In this document: piece by piece, positions 49,273 to 61,496 of the stretch | Layout of the letters: every line of letters begins with the position of its first letter | Position numbering within the stretch: the first letter of the stretch is position 1 | DNA from: Gekko japonicus | Taxonomy: Eukaryota | Assembly (NCBI RefSeq): GCF_001447785.1 | Contig: NW_015168711.1 | Coordinates: 124,001-188,000, forward strand | DNA length: 64,000 nucleotides | Reading direction: 5' to 3' | Notes under the pieces: generated by a model | Seen by the model: the letters and a program-made list of their open reading frames with translations, nothing else | Told to the model about the DNA's origin: nothing | The model's database searches: none | Made by a program: the position numbers and the translations under genes

Positions 49273-50552
49273 TGTTTGAGTACTGTGGGAACCCAATCTA
49301 AGTCTTGAACAGGGTCAGATATAGCGCAGGGCTCTTTTTGTAGCAGGTACTCATTTGCACATTAAGCGACACACCCCTAATGTAGCCAATCCTCCAAGAG
49401 CTTACAGTAGCTCCTGTAAGAAGAGCTCTGTAAGCTCTTGGAGGATTGGCTACATTAGGCCTACTATGTGGCCTACTATGCAAAGGAGTTCCTGCTACAA
49501 AAAGAGCCCTGCGAGTGACACTCCCACTTCACTATATGGTGAGCCAATGGTCTTGCAAGATAATACCATAATACATCTAGTTTCCCTTTTCCCATCCAAA
49601 ATGCTTGCCCATATTACACAAATATTTGCTGCCTCACCCTTTTAACTGTTGACTCTTTAGAATCACCCTGTTTGAGTCACTTGCAGCGATTACAATGCCA
49701 CAAAGTACATTTAAATCCCAATGATCACACATATAATGTTTTTAAAAGATAATATTTGCTCCCCCCCCCCTTTTGGTAACGGCTGGGCTTCTGCCAAAGG
49801 GCACTTACACATATCTGGCTGTAAATAGATGACTTGGAGCCAACCAATGTGGAGCCTTAACTAATTTCAGCATTCACTTAGGCTAAATTATTTATGACAC
49901 TCCCTGTGTCGACTCACACTGCTAAAAAATATCTGTGTTCGACCTAGTGAGGTCGCAAACAAAAATAAAAGCCTAATTTTGCATTCAGTGTCAGCTACCA
50001 CAGTAGTGAAATGCACAGTTATACAGGCTGAAGCCAAGTGTGGTATATTCAGAAAGGCCAGAATAGGGAATTCTGCCATTTTCTAGACTAGTAAATCAAA
50101 TTCACTAATGATGAGAGAGCTTAACATTTTTTAAATACGCAGCTGAAATAACATCAGGAACATTTTCTAAAAATACAGCCAGCCATTCATATCAGAAACT
50201 CAGACACCTCAACTATAACAACGTTATACAGATTTCAAAACAGGGAAAATTCCTCTGTTCTGGGAAGCCAGATTTGGCACTACACATTGCAAGTGTTGGC
50301 TGGTAGTGGATTGAGACTGAGTTTAGTAAAAGCGAACATGATAGAGACTTGATTGTTTTGGAGCATGCACATGAGGCAAAATGAAGAGCAACACTACCTG
50401 GTTTCTAGAAACGGTAGAATGAAAAGTGTGGTCACCTCCACTAGTCAAAATAAACAGCAGCAGAACAAGGAGCTCCAGTCTGCTATGTGCATATTGAGCA
50501 CATAGACCGCCAAATGTCACCTAAAACACTGGTCCCAAACCATTGTACATTG

Positions 50553-50759
50553 TACATCATGCGAAATGCTGGCCTAGATGAATCACAAGCGGGAATTAAG
50601 GTTGCTGGGGAAAAGATCAACAACCTCAGATATGCAGACGATACCACTCTGATGGCAGAAAGTGAAGAGGACCTAAAGAGCCTCTTGCTCAGAGTAAAAG
50701 AGGAGAGCACAAAAGTGGGCTTGAAGCTCAACATCAAAAAAACTAAGATCATGGCATCT
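50553..50759 (+). mobile_element. BovB (RTE) reverse transcriptase internal fragment
   Basis: YIMRNAGLDESQAGIKVAGEKINNLRYADDTTLMAESEEDLKSLLLRVKEESTKVGLKLNIKKTKIMAS. Confidence 0.92.
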
Positions 50760-50760
50760 A

Positions 50761-52297
50761 TGTTTTTCCCTTGTATGGTCGTGGCCGCGCCCCCAGCGTG
50801 CCCGGCGTCATGACGTCACTTCCCTGTGACGTGCGTGCGGTGCGCGCCGGGATACAAACGGGAGTCCCCCGCCGGCAGGGTAAGTGCCACTTGGCAACCC
50901 TAATGCAAAGCAAACTACAAAATGTCAGGAAGTGAGGTTATGTGTAACTCTGATAGAAGTTATTCAGCTTTTCAGACAGAAGCTCTGTTTAATGGGAAGC
51001 CTTTTTAAATTAATGTATTGTTTAAAATATTTTCTTGCACAGACACAAGTATACATAATGAGCTAGCTAAGAAACCCTCATTTGGCAGTATCTGTCTTGG
51101 TTTTGCAGGCAACTGACACATGCAAAAAGATATGGGGGAAATGCTTCTCTTGGTTTCTTCTCCACTTTAAATGTGTAACATCCCCTTTTGGCTGTGGGTT
51201 CCCAGTAGGGTTGCCAAATCTTTTAAACTTACCGGCAGGGGAGGCTCCGTCCCGTCCGGGAGCAGTCTGGTTGTGTGTGTGTGTGCGTGCTTTGCGCGCG
51301 CGCGCCGCCGCGACGTCACCGGAAGTGATGTCAGACGTTGCTGACGTTGGGGGCGTGGCCGAGCTCGTCGGGGGGAAACATATGGTTCCCCCCCGATGAG
51401 CTCAGACAACGTCAGCACCGTGGCGCCGCAGCTTCGGGGGCGGGGTGCCCCCCGGGCCCCGATTCCGCCAGGGCGGAAATCGGGGCTCTGAAGCGGGGGG
51501 TTCCCCGCCCCCCGGGCACATTTGGCAACCCTAGTTGAGTACTCACTCAGGCAGTTATACAGATTTGATTTTTAGTAATGGAGGATTTAAGTTCCTTCAC
51601 TTGGTCAAACTACTCAGTCTTCTCTGGGGCAATTTCCACAGTAGAATTGCCTTCCATGAAGCTTCTTAAGAAGGTGTAAAAATGTACTACAATTGCATAA
51701 TGTGAGGACAAATAATACTGTAATGACATTTTAAGTTTTGGCCCATAATAAGATCTCTAGTCAGACAAAATGATGACTGGATTTGCCTGGTCTGCATTCA
51801 TCACAGAATTTTCAGTGTCTCACTAATCTGTACTCTAAATGGGGACATACTTTGTATAAATTCACCAGTCATGATTTCCTGGGTCTTGTCTGTTCTACAT
51901 AGGGTTGCCAAGTCCATCTTACACCCCCAGCGGGGGACTTTGGGGGTGTTTCTGGAGGGGCTGGGGCATCCACGACGTGATGACATCATGTTGGGGATGT
52001 CCGCCCCCCCGCCCGTGCGCCAGAAACGGCAGTTCCCTGCACTTAAAGGAGCTGGCGTTTCCCTTTTAAATGCAGGAGCTCGTGTTTCCCCTTTAAGAGC
52101 ACGAAGCTGGCATTTCCCTGCAAGCTTGCGGAGATCAGGCTTGGGAGGAAACACAGGTTCCACACACTTAAAGGGAGAGAGATGGGTGGCTGTGGGTGTT
52201 GAGGGTGGGGCTTCCCCTGCCGGCCATCTGGCCAGCGGTGGGTAGAACCCCCCAAAAAAACGGGGGACCCCTGGCAAAAGGGGGGTTGGCAACCCTA
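50761..52297. mobile_element. Cluster of CpG-rich TAGGGTTGCCA-TIR MITEs (50761-50902 partial, 51206-51533, 51900-52297)
   Basis: TAGGGTTGCCA / TGGCAACCCTA TIRs and TGACGTCAC..CCGGAAGTGA motifs. Confidence 0.8.
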
Positions 52298-53092
52298 TTG
52301 TTCACTATTATTTTGCAATTGAATGTCAATGACTGCTGGGTAGTTACGTTTGAGTATGCTTCTTGCTTCAGATATTTTGCTTAACTAAGTTTCTGTTTTA
52401 TACTTTGCTGAGAGTTGGCTAGTTTGAATACTTTGAATGAGGGGAGTAAGGTAGAACAAAAAGAATGAGTACTCTTTTAGCTCTGGTGTCCTTCTTTCAA
52501 ACTGCTAGCAACTAAATTCAAGAAGTATGCTGTCCCTATATAACATGCATGCAAGTATCAGCTGATACAGTGCAATACTAGCACGCCTGTGTCACACCTC
52601 TGGTCCCAGATCTTCAGCATTTGGTACACCAACAAACTACTGCACCTCTACCCAGGGGGAGGGGTAGCTGGAACAGGATACAAGTAAAATAATCTTTAAA
52701 ATACATTGCATGTTTATAAAATTTAGTATGGTGGCAACATTTTCTAGGAATTGCTCTGCTCAGTGATTAAATAGTTCTCAGGCTCCTCCACATGATGCAA
52801 GGTACACCAAGGCCAAGCACTTACTTGCCAAGTTCTCAAGGCAGTAACACTTCATGACACTCCCAGGGAAGATGCCAAATGCTGACGGAATGTAGTGAAG
52901 TTCTTATTTCAGCCTATTCAAATTTTTCAAATAGTTGTAACTACAAATTTAGGTTGCCAACATTCATTTATGTATATCATGCAATGCACACGATGAACCA
53001 AATTAGAAATGTCAGACTTTACTGCCCTTGGAGATAAGATATAGTATAAAATGTAAAATCACGCCAACCTCCCCAGCTTTAATATTTATTAG

Positions 53093-53180
53093 AAAGATGA
53101 AATCACAAGCAAAGCAGAAAAGAACTAGGTCCAGTTCTGCTGGAATGTCAAAAAGTGGGGATGAGTTCTTCAAAGAGACT
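53093..53180 (+). CDS. Candidate exon (KMKSQAKQKRTRSSSAGMSKSGDEFFKET)
   Basis: TTTATTAG acceptor, ACT|GTAATG donor, open frame. Confidence 0.3.
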
Positions 53181-54659
53181 GTAATGTTTACTAAGACATT
53201 TGAGGTGCACTAAGAAAATACTCAGCACTTTTATTTACTATTTCAAGAATGGCTGAGAATATGCTCAGTTTATGGGCAAGGTTTACGTCCCACCTCAGTG
53301 TGTTATTAGTGTCAACTCTTTATCCAGATCCTCATCATAAAGAAATTAGGTGTTGACCATGTATTATTATAATCATTAGGCAATATTCAGTTTAGCTGAA
53401 GCCCAAGAATAGGGCTTGGTCCTTGCAAAGACATAAATTAGATTGGGGGGAAGAATTGCGTTCTAGTATCTGACTGTGTGTATTTTCCTTCTCTGTATCC
53501 TTTGATTCAAAGATTCTGTATTTTGTAAGCATGGATGGGTGCTGTTGTAAATCTCCTTTTACACAGTTTGTGGTTGGTTCACATATGTGAATCAAGTATT
53601 TACACACTCCTCCATTCTGCTGGAGTAGTATTACATTTTAACCCCCCCCCCTTCCTCCAAGTAGCTTAAGGAATCAATCATGGTCTTTCTCATTTTAGAC
53701 TGAAAGGAAGTGACTAGTTCATGGTCAGTCACAATGAGATTTCAAATGAAACATCAAAATTCAGTCTTTTCTAGCATTCAGTGTATTTTTGTTATGGTAC
53801 CATATTTTAGCTCTCCTTATTGTGAAAGTATCCTTAAAAGTTTGATACCCTCCTCTCCTGAGCAAGCAAATTAATCAGCCAGTGAATCCCAGTTTACAGA
53901 AATTACTGTTATCACTGAAATACACAATACTTCAATTAAGATTATATATATAAACCAGGGACTGTTTGAGCAGTCAAGGATATGTATCTGGTCAGTTTTT
54001 CTCTGTTGTACTTTGCCAAACTAAATGCTGTTTAGAGTCACAAAAGGCTCTTATATAATAAGGGTTTGTGATTGAGCCAAGTGAAAAGAGCCTATATTCT
54101 AAGAAGGAAACCTTGATCACTAGGAAAACACAGAAAGGGCTTTTATATTAGGTTTGTTTTCTTTAATTTCTGTGAGAGAGGCAGAGGGCTCTTTGTAGCA
54201 GCATTACCCATGTGTAAAATGAACTAAAGATAAAAATAAATACTATGGGGAATATTTTGTTTCAGAAAAATAATCTCCCCAGTTATTCATGTGTGAAGAC
54301 TTCAGCAAGAATCCTCATTATCATTGAGATTCCAGTAGTTTATATAGCTTATATGCATTAAAATGATCATATTAAAGGGATTTAGTTTGCTTGCACCAGC
54401 ACCTCATTTAGCAGCCTCAACAAAAGATTTAAAAAATCTTACCAGCAATGCTGGAACCAAATGAGCAATCCTTGCCTTACTTCACTTCCTCATTTGGAGT
54501 TCAGTCTCCAGCTGCCTTATTTTCCACATTTCTTACTTTATGTCCTGTCGCAATAAAATTTAAATCAATTGGAATATTCAGATTGTATTTGGTAAAGTAC
54601 TTGCCCTAGCATTACCTGGTTTGTATGAAATATCTCCTTAGGCATGCTAACATCTGAGA

Positions 54660-54739
54660 CCATGAACACACAAGAAGCTGCCTTGTTATTAAGTCAGACC
54701 ACTGGTCTATCAAGGTCAGTATTGTCTACTTTGTGACTG
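54660..54739 (-). mobile_element. CR1-tailed SINE fragment; related copy at about 32310-32405
   Basis: Shared GCTGCCTT..TCAGACCA.TGGTC.ATCAAGGTCAGTATTGT motif. Confidence 0.55.
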
Positions 54740-54779
54740 GCATCTGATGAAGTGAGCTCTGACTCACAAAAACTCATGC
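54740..54779 (+). ncRNA. Degenerate PLE-type hammerhead motif at the head of a Penelope pLTR remnant (to about 54838)
   Basis: GCAT-CTGATGA-A-GTGAG-CTCTGA-CTCAC-AAAA-AC-TC-ATGC. GAAA is mutated to AAAA. Confidence 0.55.
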
Positions 54780-55090
54780 TAGAATAAAAAATTGTTGTCT
54801 TCAAAGGATCGCTAAGCCTACATATTGTTTTGTTGTAACTAGGGATTGGCACAAACTGAACCACGAAACAAAATTCATCACAAATTTTGCCCTGCTCGTG
54901 GTTCGCACACAGAAATTCATGACAGATCTACTGTCATAAACTTCCATGAACTTTTAGAGCAGTTCATGGTGGTTCACAGATGGAGCAGAAAGCCTCAGAA
55001 ACAGCTGAGTGGCAGGGAGGTGCTCCCCGCTGCTCAGCTGTTTCAAGCTACTGAAGATAGCCCAAAAAGGACTGATGTCTGATCTTCTTA

Positions 55091-55529
55091 GGTCCCGTCC
55101 ACACAAGGGGATTTGGGCCAGTTGCGGGCCAGTTCGGGGGCGGATCAAAGCAGCGCAATCACACCACAACATCTGGGAAGCGTCCTGCTTCCATGCCCGA
55201 ACTGGCCCTTTCCCGCCCAAATCCGCTGCAAACTGAACCACCTACCTTGGTGGTTCAACTTGTAGGCGCGCTTCAAGCTGGGCGTTTGATCGCCGGCGCT
55301 TCCTTGCGCCGGCTCAACCCCGGCCCGGAGCCGAACTGCGCATGCTCGGACATGCGCAGTTCGTCCGGCTCCCGTTCGGGCCATGTTTTTCCCCGGCGTT
55401 TGATCGCGCCGGGGAGAAAAAGCGCCACGGCCAGGGGATCTGTGGGATCCCGCCGCGGCGTCTCAATGTTGGTGCGGCTTTTAAAAGCCGCGCCTTAAGA
55501 GGCTTTTCCCCTGCCGTGTGGCCGGGGCC
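55091..55529 (+). mobile_element. PIF/Harbinger MITE
   Basis: TIR GGTCCCGTCCACAC / GTGTGGCCGGGGCC, TTA/TGA flanks, central palindrome GAACTGCGCATG..CATGCGCAGTTC. Confidence 0.8.
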
Positions 55530-55692
55530 TGAGCTTGACAAATATTGTGGACTTTCTGGATATATTATTTGATTCTTTGCTAGTATGGGATTTTTTTTGT
55601 CTGAATTTTGTTTAAATTAAATAATTAAACAGCATTTCTGTGAATAATTAAAAAGTATTTTTAAATGTACTGTCTCAAAGTTTGGCCCACAG

Positions 55693-55782
55693 GATTACAA
55701 AGAGAAAACACCTGTACAAATACCACTGAGGGGCATATCAAACCAAAGAAAGAGCTTGTGCTGCAAACATACTCCAGGATGA
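55693..55782 (+). CDS. Candidate last coding exon (DYKEKTPVQIPLRGISNQRKSLCCKHTPG*)
   Basis: CCCACAG acceptor. The reading frame is ambiguous. Confidence 0.2.
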   Translation, partial: DYKEKTPVQIPLRGISNQRKSLCCKHTPG

Positions 55783-57367
55783 GGACAGAATGCAGCAGGA
55801 ACCTATTCAATATGAACTGCAGATTAAAACAGATCTTCCCCCTTCAACAGATCTGTATCTCCCTTTCTTCAGCGCTGTATTTTAGCATCAAAAATTCCTT
55901 GGTATTGTGTTGAGGAATATAAATAGACAGCTTGAACATGAAGTGGAGAAAGTCAACCCCCAAAGCAAAAATAACTATGGAGATCTAACCAAGGCAGGAA
56001 GAATTGGAATTTGACAATTTAGCCAATCAAAACTCTGGATGCCGACTTGCATATCCTGTTCTGCGACATGCTTATATTGCTGTTCAGCATGAGTCTAATG
56101 CTAACTGGTTCATTCATAAAATTCTTTCGCATGCTGTCTGGTCATTATGAAGAGAGGAAATGCATTGCAAGATTTTAAGTATGACCCACTCACTTGGAAA
56201 AGAAATGAAACAAAACTCTCTACATATTCAGAAACCATTCCTTCTCTTGCAAGCCCTAACCTGTCAGCTTCTGTCAGACTCTCATTTTATCTATGAGATT
56301 ATACAGATGTTATTTTAAAGCAAGGCTGTAAAGTGAAATCTCTCTGATTGCAGGGAAGGGATGGGAGACAGAAAAAAAAACATGCATCAACACTGAGCCA
56401 AAAACATTGAGGGTCAAAAGCTTGGAACTTGGGAGATAAGCAGTCAAGATCTCACACATTTTATTAAACGTCATATGATGGAGAGAGATCTTGGCAGGAT
56501 CCATAATAGTGGCACTGGGGAAGAGTTTATCCCATACTATTGTCCTGGTCTAAATATTCCTGCTTTAAAGCTGCTATTTGCCCCACAGGGCTAAGCATAG
56601 ATGTATTGCACAGGTAATCATTCCCAGCCCTAGGGGGATTAGAGGTTTAAACAAGAAAAGGTGAGAGATCCTGGTCAGGAATTCGCTCTTGCAATGGTCT
56701 AGCCTGACCTTTATGGAGAGTGTCTTTAGATCCATGTTGCTTCAAGCTCATTCTCTGCCTCTCACTTCTTTCCTTGTGCTTTCAGTGGCACTCCACTTGG
56801 CACCCTTGCTTTAAAGTGAAGGCCAAAAGAAGAGAGGAGGATCTCACTGAGGGCTACACAAAGTGTTCTACTAAGTGATTCAGTGTTTCAGAATGTGCAA
56901 TTCTACACCAAGGTCACAGACAAGGTATGAAGCAAAAGTTCACGTACATCCTTTTCACTGCATTTTTTCCTTTAAAGGGATTTTATATAATTGAGTTATG
57001 GCTCAACTGTTATGTTAGCAAATGTGATTAAATCTGCATGAAGGGAAATCCACACGATCCACTTTCTTCTAAGAGAGCACTGTTCTCTCTTAATGTTACC
57101 ATATATCTGATTTTGTACAAGATGGGGGTGGGGAATTAGATGTTGCTAGAATAAAAATCCCTCATACAAGCTCAGCAAGAAAGGAGATAATAAATTAAGA
57201 AAAATAGCTTCAAAATGGGATGTCCAGAGTAGAAAGAATTTATTCCTTTCCCAGTACATCTCTTGTTCAAATTGCCACCATCCAAAGTCAGTGTTGTGAA
57301 GTACTGGAAAACAATAGCTTAGAAACTTTTCAGACTTATCAAGACTATGACTTCCCATTCTTCCCCT

Positions 57368-57638
57368 GAGAGCCAGCATGGAGTAGTGGTTATGAGCAGT
57401 GGACTCTCCTCTGGAGAACTGGGGTTGATCCCCCACTTCTCCACATGCAGTCAGCTGGGTGACATTGGGTCAGTTACAGTTTTCTCACAGCGGTTCTCTC
57501 AAGTGCAGTTCTCGAAAGAGCTCTCTCAGCCCCACCTACCTCACAGGGTGTCTGTTGTGGGGAGGGGAAGGGAAGGTGATTGTAAGCCACTCTGAGACTC
57601 CTTTGGGTTGTGAAGGGCAGGGCATAAAACCAACTCTT
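57368..57638 (+). mobile_element. Full-length Squam3-type SINE
   Basis: tRNA A box (TGGAGTAGTGGTTA), B-box-like GGGTTGATCCCC, L2-type tail TGTAAGCCACTCTGAG..ATAAAACCAACTCTT. Confidence 0.85.
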
Positions 57639-58150
57639 TAATTATATATTAAAATATAATTAACTTTCACCACAATCCCATTACTATGAGTATTCCTTCA
57701 CTCTCAATGTATCATGTGAATAAGCTATGGATAGAATTTGTACATGCGGTTGTGGTCTTTTCTTCATCAGTGGTGCTCTTCACTGTGTATATCTGAATGA
57801 GCTACATGTCATCTCCATATATGTAGAGGTGTGTTACCAAAGGAAAGACATCGTACTGGTGAAATTTAATTCAATCAACATGCACTTAATTGTAGACCTT
57901 TTCAGATGTTACAATCACATGGAGATCCTTCTAACTCATGTGGTTCCACTTTTCAATCTCTATGTAAAGCTCTTAGGACAAATCAGTTGTAGTTTTGGGG
58001 TTGGTTGTCATCAGTATGCTGATACCCAACTCTATATATCTTTATCCGAACCTTCTAGTGATGTGGTAGTGGTCCTAAGTAGCTGCTTGGCTGCTGTATT
58101 TAATAGGCTAAAAGTGAACAAATTGAAACTAAAGCCTGAAAAGACAGAGG

Positions 58151-58493
58151 CAGAGGTCATTTCGGGGGGGGGAACGCGGGGGAACGCAGTTCCCCCGGGT
58201 GAGGTGCACAGGGCGGGGCACATGATGAAGCCCCGCCCCCTGCTTCCGGCCGCCCCGCTTCCAGCCCTCATTCAGCCAGGAGGAGGCAGGAGAAGAGGGA
58301 GGGAAAGTTGCTTCCTCCCCACCTCTCCCCACCCCTGCCTGCCTGGGGCCAGGGAGGGCCTTGGCGGGGCTTCCTCGCACTCCCGCTGGCCTTGCAGGTC
58401 CACCACCGGGCCCCTGATGTCAGGGGGTGTGGCATATGCTAATGAGTTATGCTAATGAGTTCCCCTAGCTCTTTTTCTACGAAATGACCCCTG
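58151..58493 (-). mobile_element. hAT MITE (same family as 34029-34500)
   Basis: 8-bp TSD GACAGAGG (58143-58150 and 58494-58501). TIR CAG(A/G)GGTCATTTCG. Confidence 0.85.
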
Positions 58494-59036
58494 GACAGAG
58501 GTAGTGCTGGTTGGGAAGGTTGAGGTCTTGAAGGGCATTTGTGGTGGAATTTTGGTGGAGTTTTTTTTTTTTTTACCTTAGGCTTGATACCCCGCCCTAA
58601 CCCCCGAAGGGGTCTCTGGGCGGCTCACACTTTTGTCGTCCTAGTGACTTAATTTCCCTATCTTGGGCCACACATTGAAAGGGGGGGACAGCCTACCAGC
58701 ACCCATTTTCGGTGGAGTATGTCTTCTCCCCCCTTGCAGAGCCTGGTGGGGATGGGATTCCTAGGAAAAGCTCCTAGACTCTTAATCCCCCCAACAGCCT
58801 CCTTAGAGAAAAAGCAACATCGATACAACCTCTTAAAAATGGGAGAGAGGCACAAAGACCACATCAAGAATATATAAATGAGCAGAGGGTAGCGATCTCA
58901 GATAGTTTCAGATTTAAATCGTGATTACCATATAGCTGATTGCAACCTCCATATTCAAAGGCAGAGTACCTTTGTGCTGCTGGTTCTCCACAAACCTATA
59001 GCTCTTTTCCCAGGATCCAGAGGCAATGGACAGGTC

Positions 59037-59220
59037 CAATGTTCCCTCTAAGCTGTGGAGCCTTGTGAGCAAAACGTCTGCTTTGCGAGCTACTGGCATT
59101 AAAGTTGTGAGCGAGCGATTTGGCGGCTGCATAAATTAGTCTGCTCTGGAGCCATCCTTCCTGAGCTAGGAAAAAAATGTGTGAGCCAAAGGCTAAAAAA
59201 ACTGTGAGCTAGCGCATGCC
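59037..59220 (-). mobile_element. hAT MITE (CAATGTTCCCTCTAAGCT family), one end lost
   Basis: Homologous to 40236-40441. Confidence 0.8.
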
Positions 59221-60231
59221 AACTTGCTGACACAGTTAAAGGCCTTGGAGTTATACCAGATCCAGCTTTATTACTGGAGAAACAAATAAAAGCAGCTGCA
59301 GAAAACCATTTTCTATTAGCCGAGCCCATAAGATGGCCCCTTGTCTTCATACCGCTGATATGGCCACCTGGATCCACACTACAGTATTGAGACTAGACTA
59401 CTATAATGTACTGCACGTTGGTCTCCCCTCAAAGTCAGTTCAGAAACACCAGCTGGTGCAGAATGCCACGGCTTGGCTATTATTTGGAGCTAGACAGAGC
59501 ATGCATATTACTCACATTCTGCAGACGCTCCACTAGCTGCCAATTTGTTACCAGGCTCAATTTAAGGTGTTGGCTAGCACATACAAAGCTCTTCATGCCC
59601 TTGGACCCTCTTATCTGTGGGACTGCCTATCTCCCAGGGTCCGCCACATCAGCTTTGCTCACATCAGCAGGACTTCTTGCAGGTGCCAACCTGCAAACGG
59701 CAGAATCAGCAACTGCCCATATATGCATTTTCTCCGTGTGACTCCTACCTTATGGAATAGCCTGCCCAAGGAAATCAGGAAGGCTCCCACGCTCCGGGAT
59801 TTCTGCAAATTATGCAAAACTGAATTATTCAAAAGGGTCTTTATGTACACGTAATACAGGTGGCACTGTACAAAATGGTTCAGAAATGTACTTGTTTATT
59901 GAATGTCCATTTCTGTTGATTGTATTGACGTTCTATTGAGTCCCTGTGAGAAAGGTGGAACATAAATAACATACATAAACAAATGTTCTCACCAAATACT
60001 CTGAACAGGGGCAAAATGCATATTTTGCATGCTTGTACAACTTCTTCATGCACAAAGCAATCACTGGATTTTTCAGTGTTATGGTTCATGTGTATTGAAA
60101 CTATATCTGCATGCAAATATTCCCAAATTCAAACAACTTGGCAACCTTGTGTATCAGACAGGGCCGGCTCCAGGGTTTTTTGTACTCTAGGCAAGGCCAC
60201 CTTCTGGCGCCCCCCCCCCCGCACCCACCAA

Positions 60232-60385
60232 TTATGGGGTGTCCAATGAAGCTGATGGGTAATAGATTCAGGAGAAACAAAAAGAAATACTTCTGTACAC
60301 AGAGAGCCTTTAAAATGTGGAGTTTGCTGCCAGAGGATGTAGTCATGGCCACAGGAATAAACAGCTTTCAAAGGGGAGGGGACTA
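60232..60385 (+). mobile_element. CR1 ORF2 C-terminal fragment
   Basis: GCPMKLMGNRFRRNKKKYFCTQRAFKMWSLLPEDVVMA..INSF. Confidence 0.75.
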
Positions 60386-61430
60386 AATAGACCCTCCGAC
60401 TTGATAGCAGCAGGATATTTTTCTGCAGAATTAAAATGACCAGCAATTGAATGCCAGTTTCATGCATTGAATTTTCTTGGAACTTAAAGACACCCAATAT
60501 CCCCCCCCAACCCCTCATTTCCATCGTGGAGAAAAACCGATGTTGGCAGCCGCATCCCTCTCCCCTTCCACGATCAAAGACCTCATTCCCTGCCCCCCCC
60601 CTATGGCTTACTTGCAAGTAAACCTCCCTCGGATCCGGCTGCGAGGCTTTTCCCTGCTGCTGCACATCTGAAGCTCTTCCTCTCTTCGGCCATTCAGAAA
60701 CTTCTCTCCCCCACCACCAGAAGAGCCTTTCTCTCCCCCTCCCTCCCACTTGCTCGGCCTCTCTAGCAAACAGCTTCGTCCCTTTAACCCTCGCAGTGCT
60801 GGACACACATTAAAACACTTCCCGCCCTCTTTCCCGCTCCCGGACCCAGGCGGATGGACCGGTCCTCAGCCTTCCAAGGGGCCAGCCAGGATGTCTTTCA
60901 GACAGCCTTCCAAGGGGCGCGACTCGACCCCCCTGGGCTGGGCTGCGGGCGAAGGGAGGGGGCCTGGGTGGGGTGGCCTCATGGCTCCGTTCTCGCCTGT
61001 TGCTGCCCTGCAGGATGCAAAGGAGCCACCCGCACCGAGGAAGACCAGATGGAGGCTGGTGGTGCCTATTGTTCCTCTGGATTCCGGGGGCGGGCAGGCG
61101 GTGGCTTTTGGCGGGCGGGAGGGAGGCGGGGCTTTTGGTGCCCTCTCCGAAGCTCCGCCCTAGGCCAGAGACTAGCTGGCCTAGTGAGTGGGCCGGCCGT
61201 GGTATCAGAAGCATCATGGGTAGCATACTCTCCTGATATATGCCGTTGCTAATCACCCTTTATGGATGTCATGTTTGAAAAGGCTTGAATCTTAAGCCAC
61301 CACATGGATTTTGCTCCAAATTGCCTATATGAATTCACCCGCATAAGTTAATTATGGTTTGCAAATCTCTGAAAAATGGGAAGGCATAGTCTTTACACCC
61401 ATTAAATATTTCTAAATTGTTGCTTTCCAA

Positions 61431-61496
61431 CAGTGTTCCCTCTAAGCTGAGTTAGTGTGAGCTAGCTCACACTAACTCAGCTTAGAGGGAACATTG
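61431..61496. mobile_element. 66-bp palindromic mini-MITE
   Basis: 33-bp arms with one mismatch and no loop. 8-bp TSD CTTTCCAA (61423-61430 and 61497-61504). Confidence 0.9.

Larger units (their letters stand above)
57940..59830 (+). mobile_element. L2 RT 3' region carrying nested insertions
   Basis: LFNLY..CHQYADTQLY..NKLKLKPEKTE|V, then LDYYN.L.VGLP..QLVQNA, LWNSLP. Interrupted by MITEs and L2/CR1 tails at 58151-59220. Confidence 0.8.

Noticed and set aside
57727-58455. 242-aa ORF as a novel gene
   Set aside because: Chance read-through from a decayed L2 RT into an inserted hAT MITE (TSD GACAGAGG).
60129-60806. 225-aa minus-strand ORF
   Set aside because: Non-ATG start, crosses a CR1 fragment and a MITE end in antisense, and has no recognisable domain.
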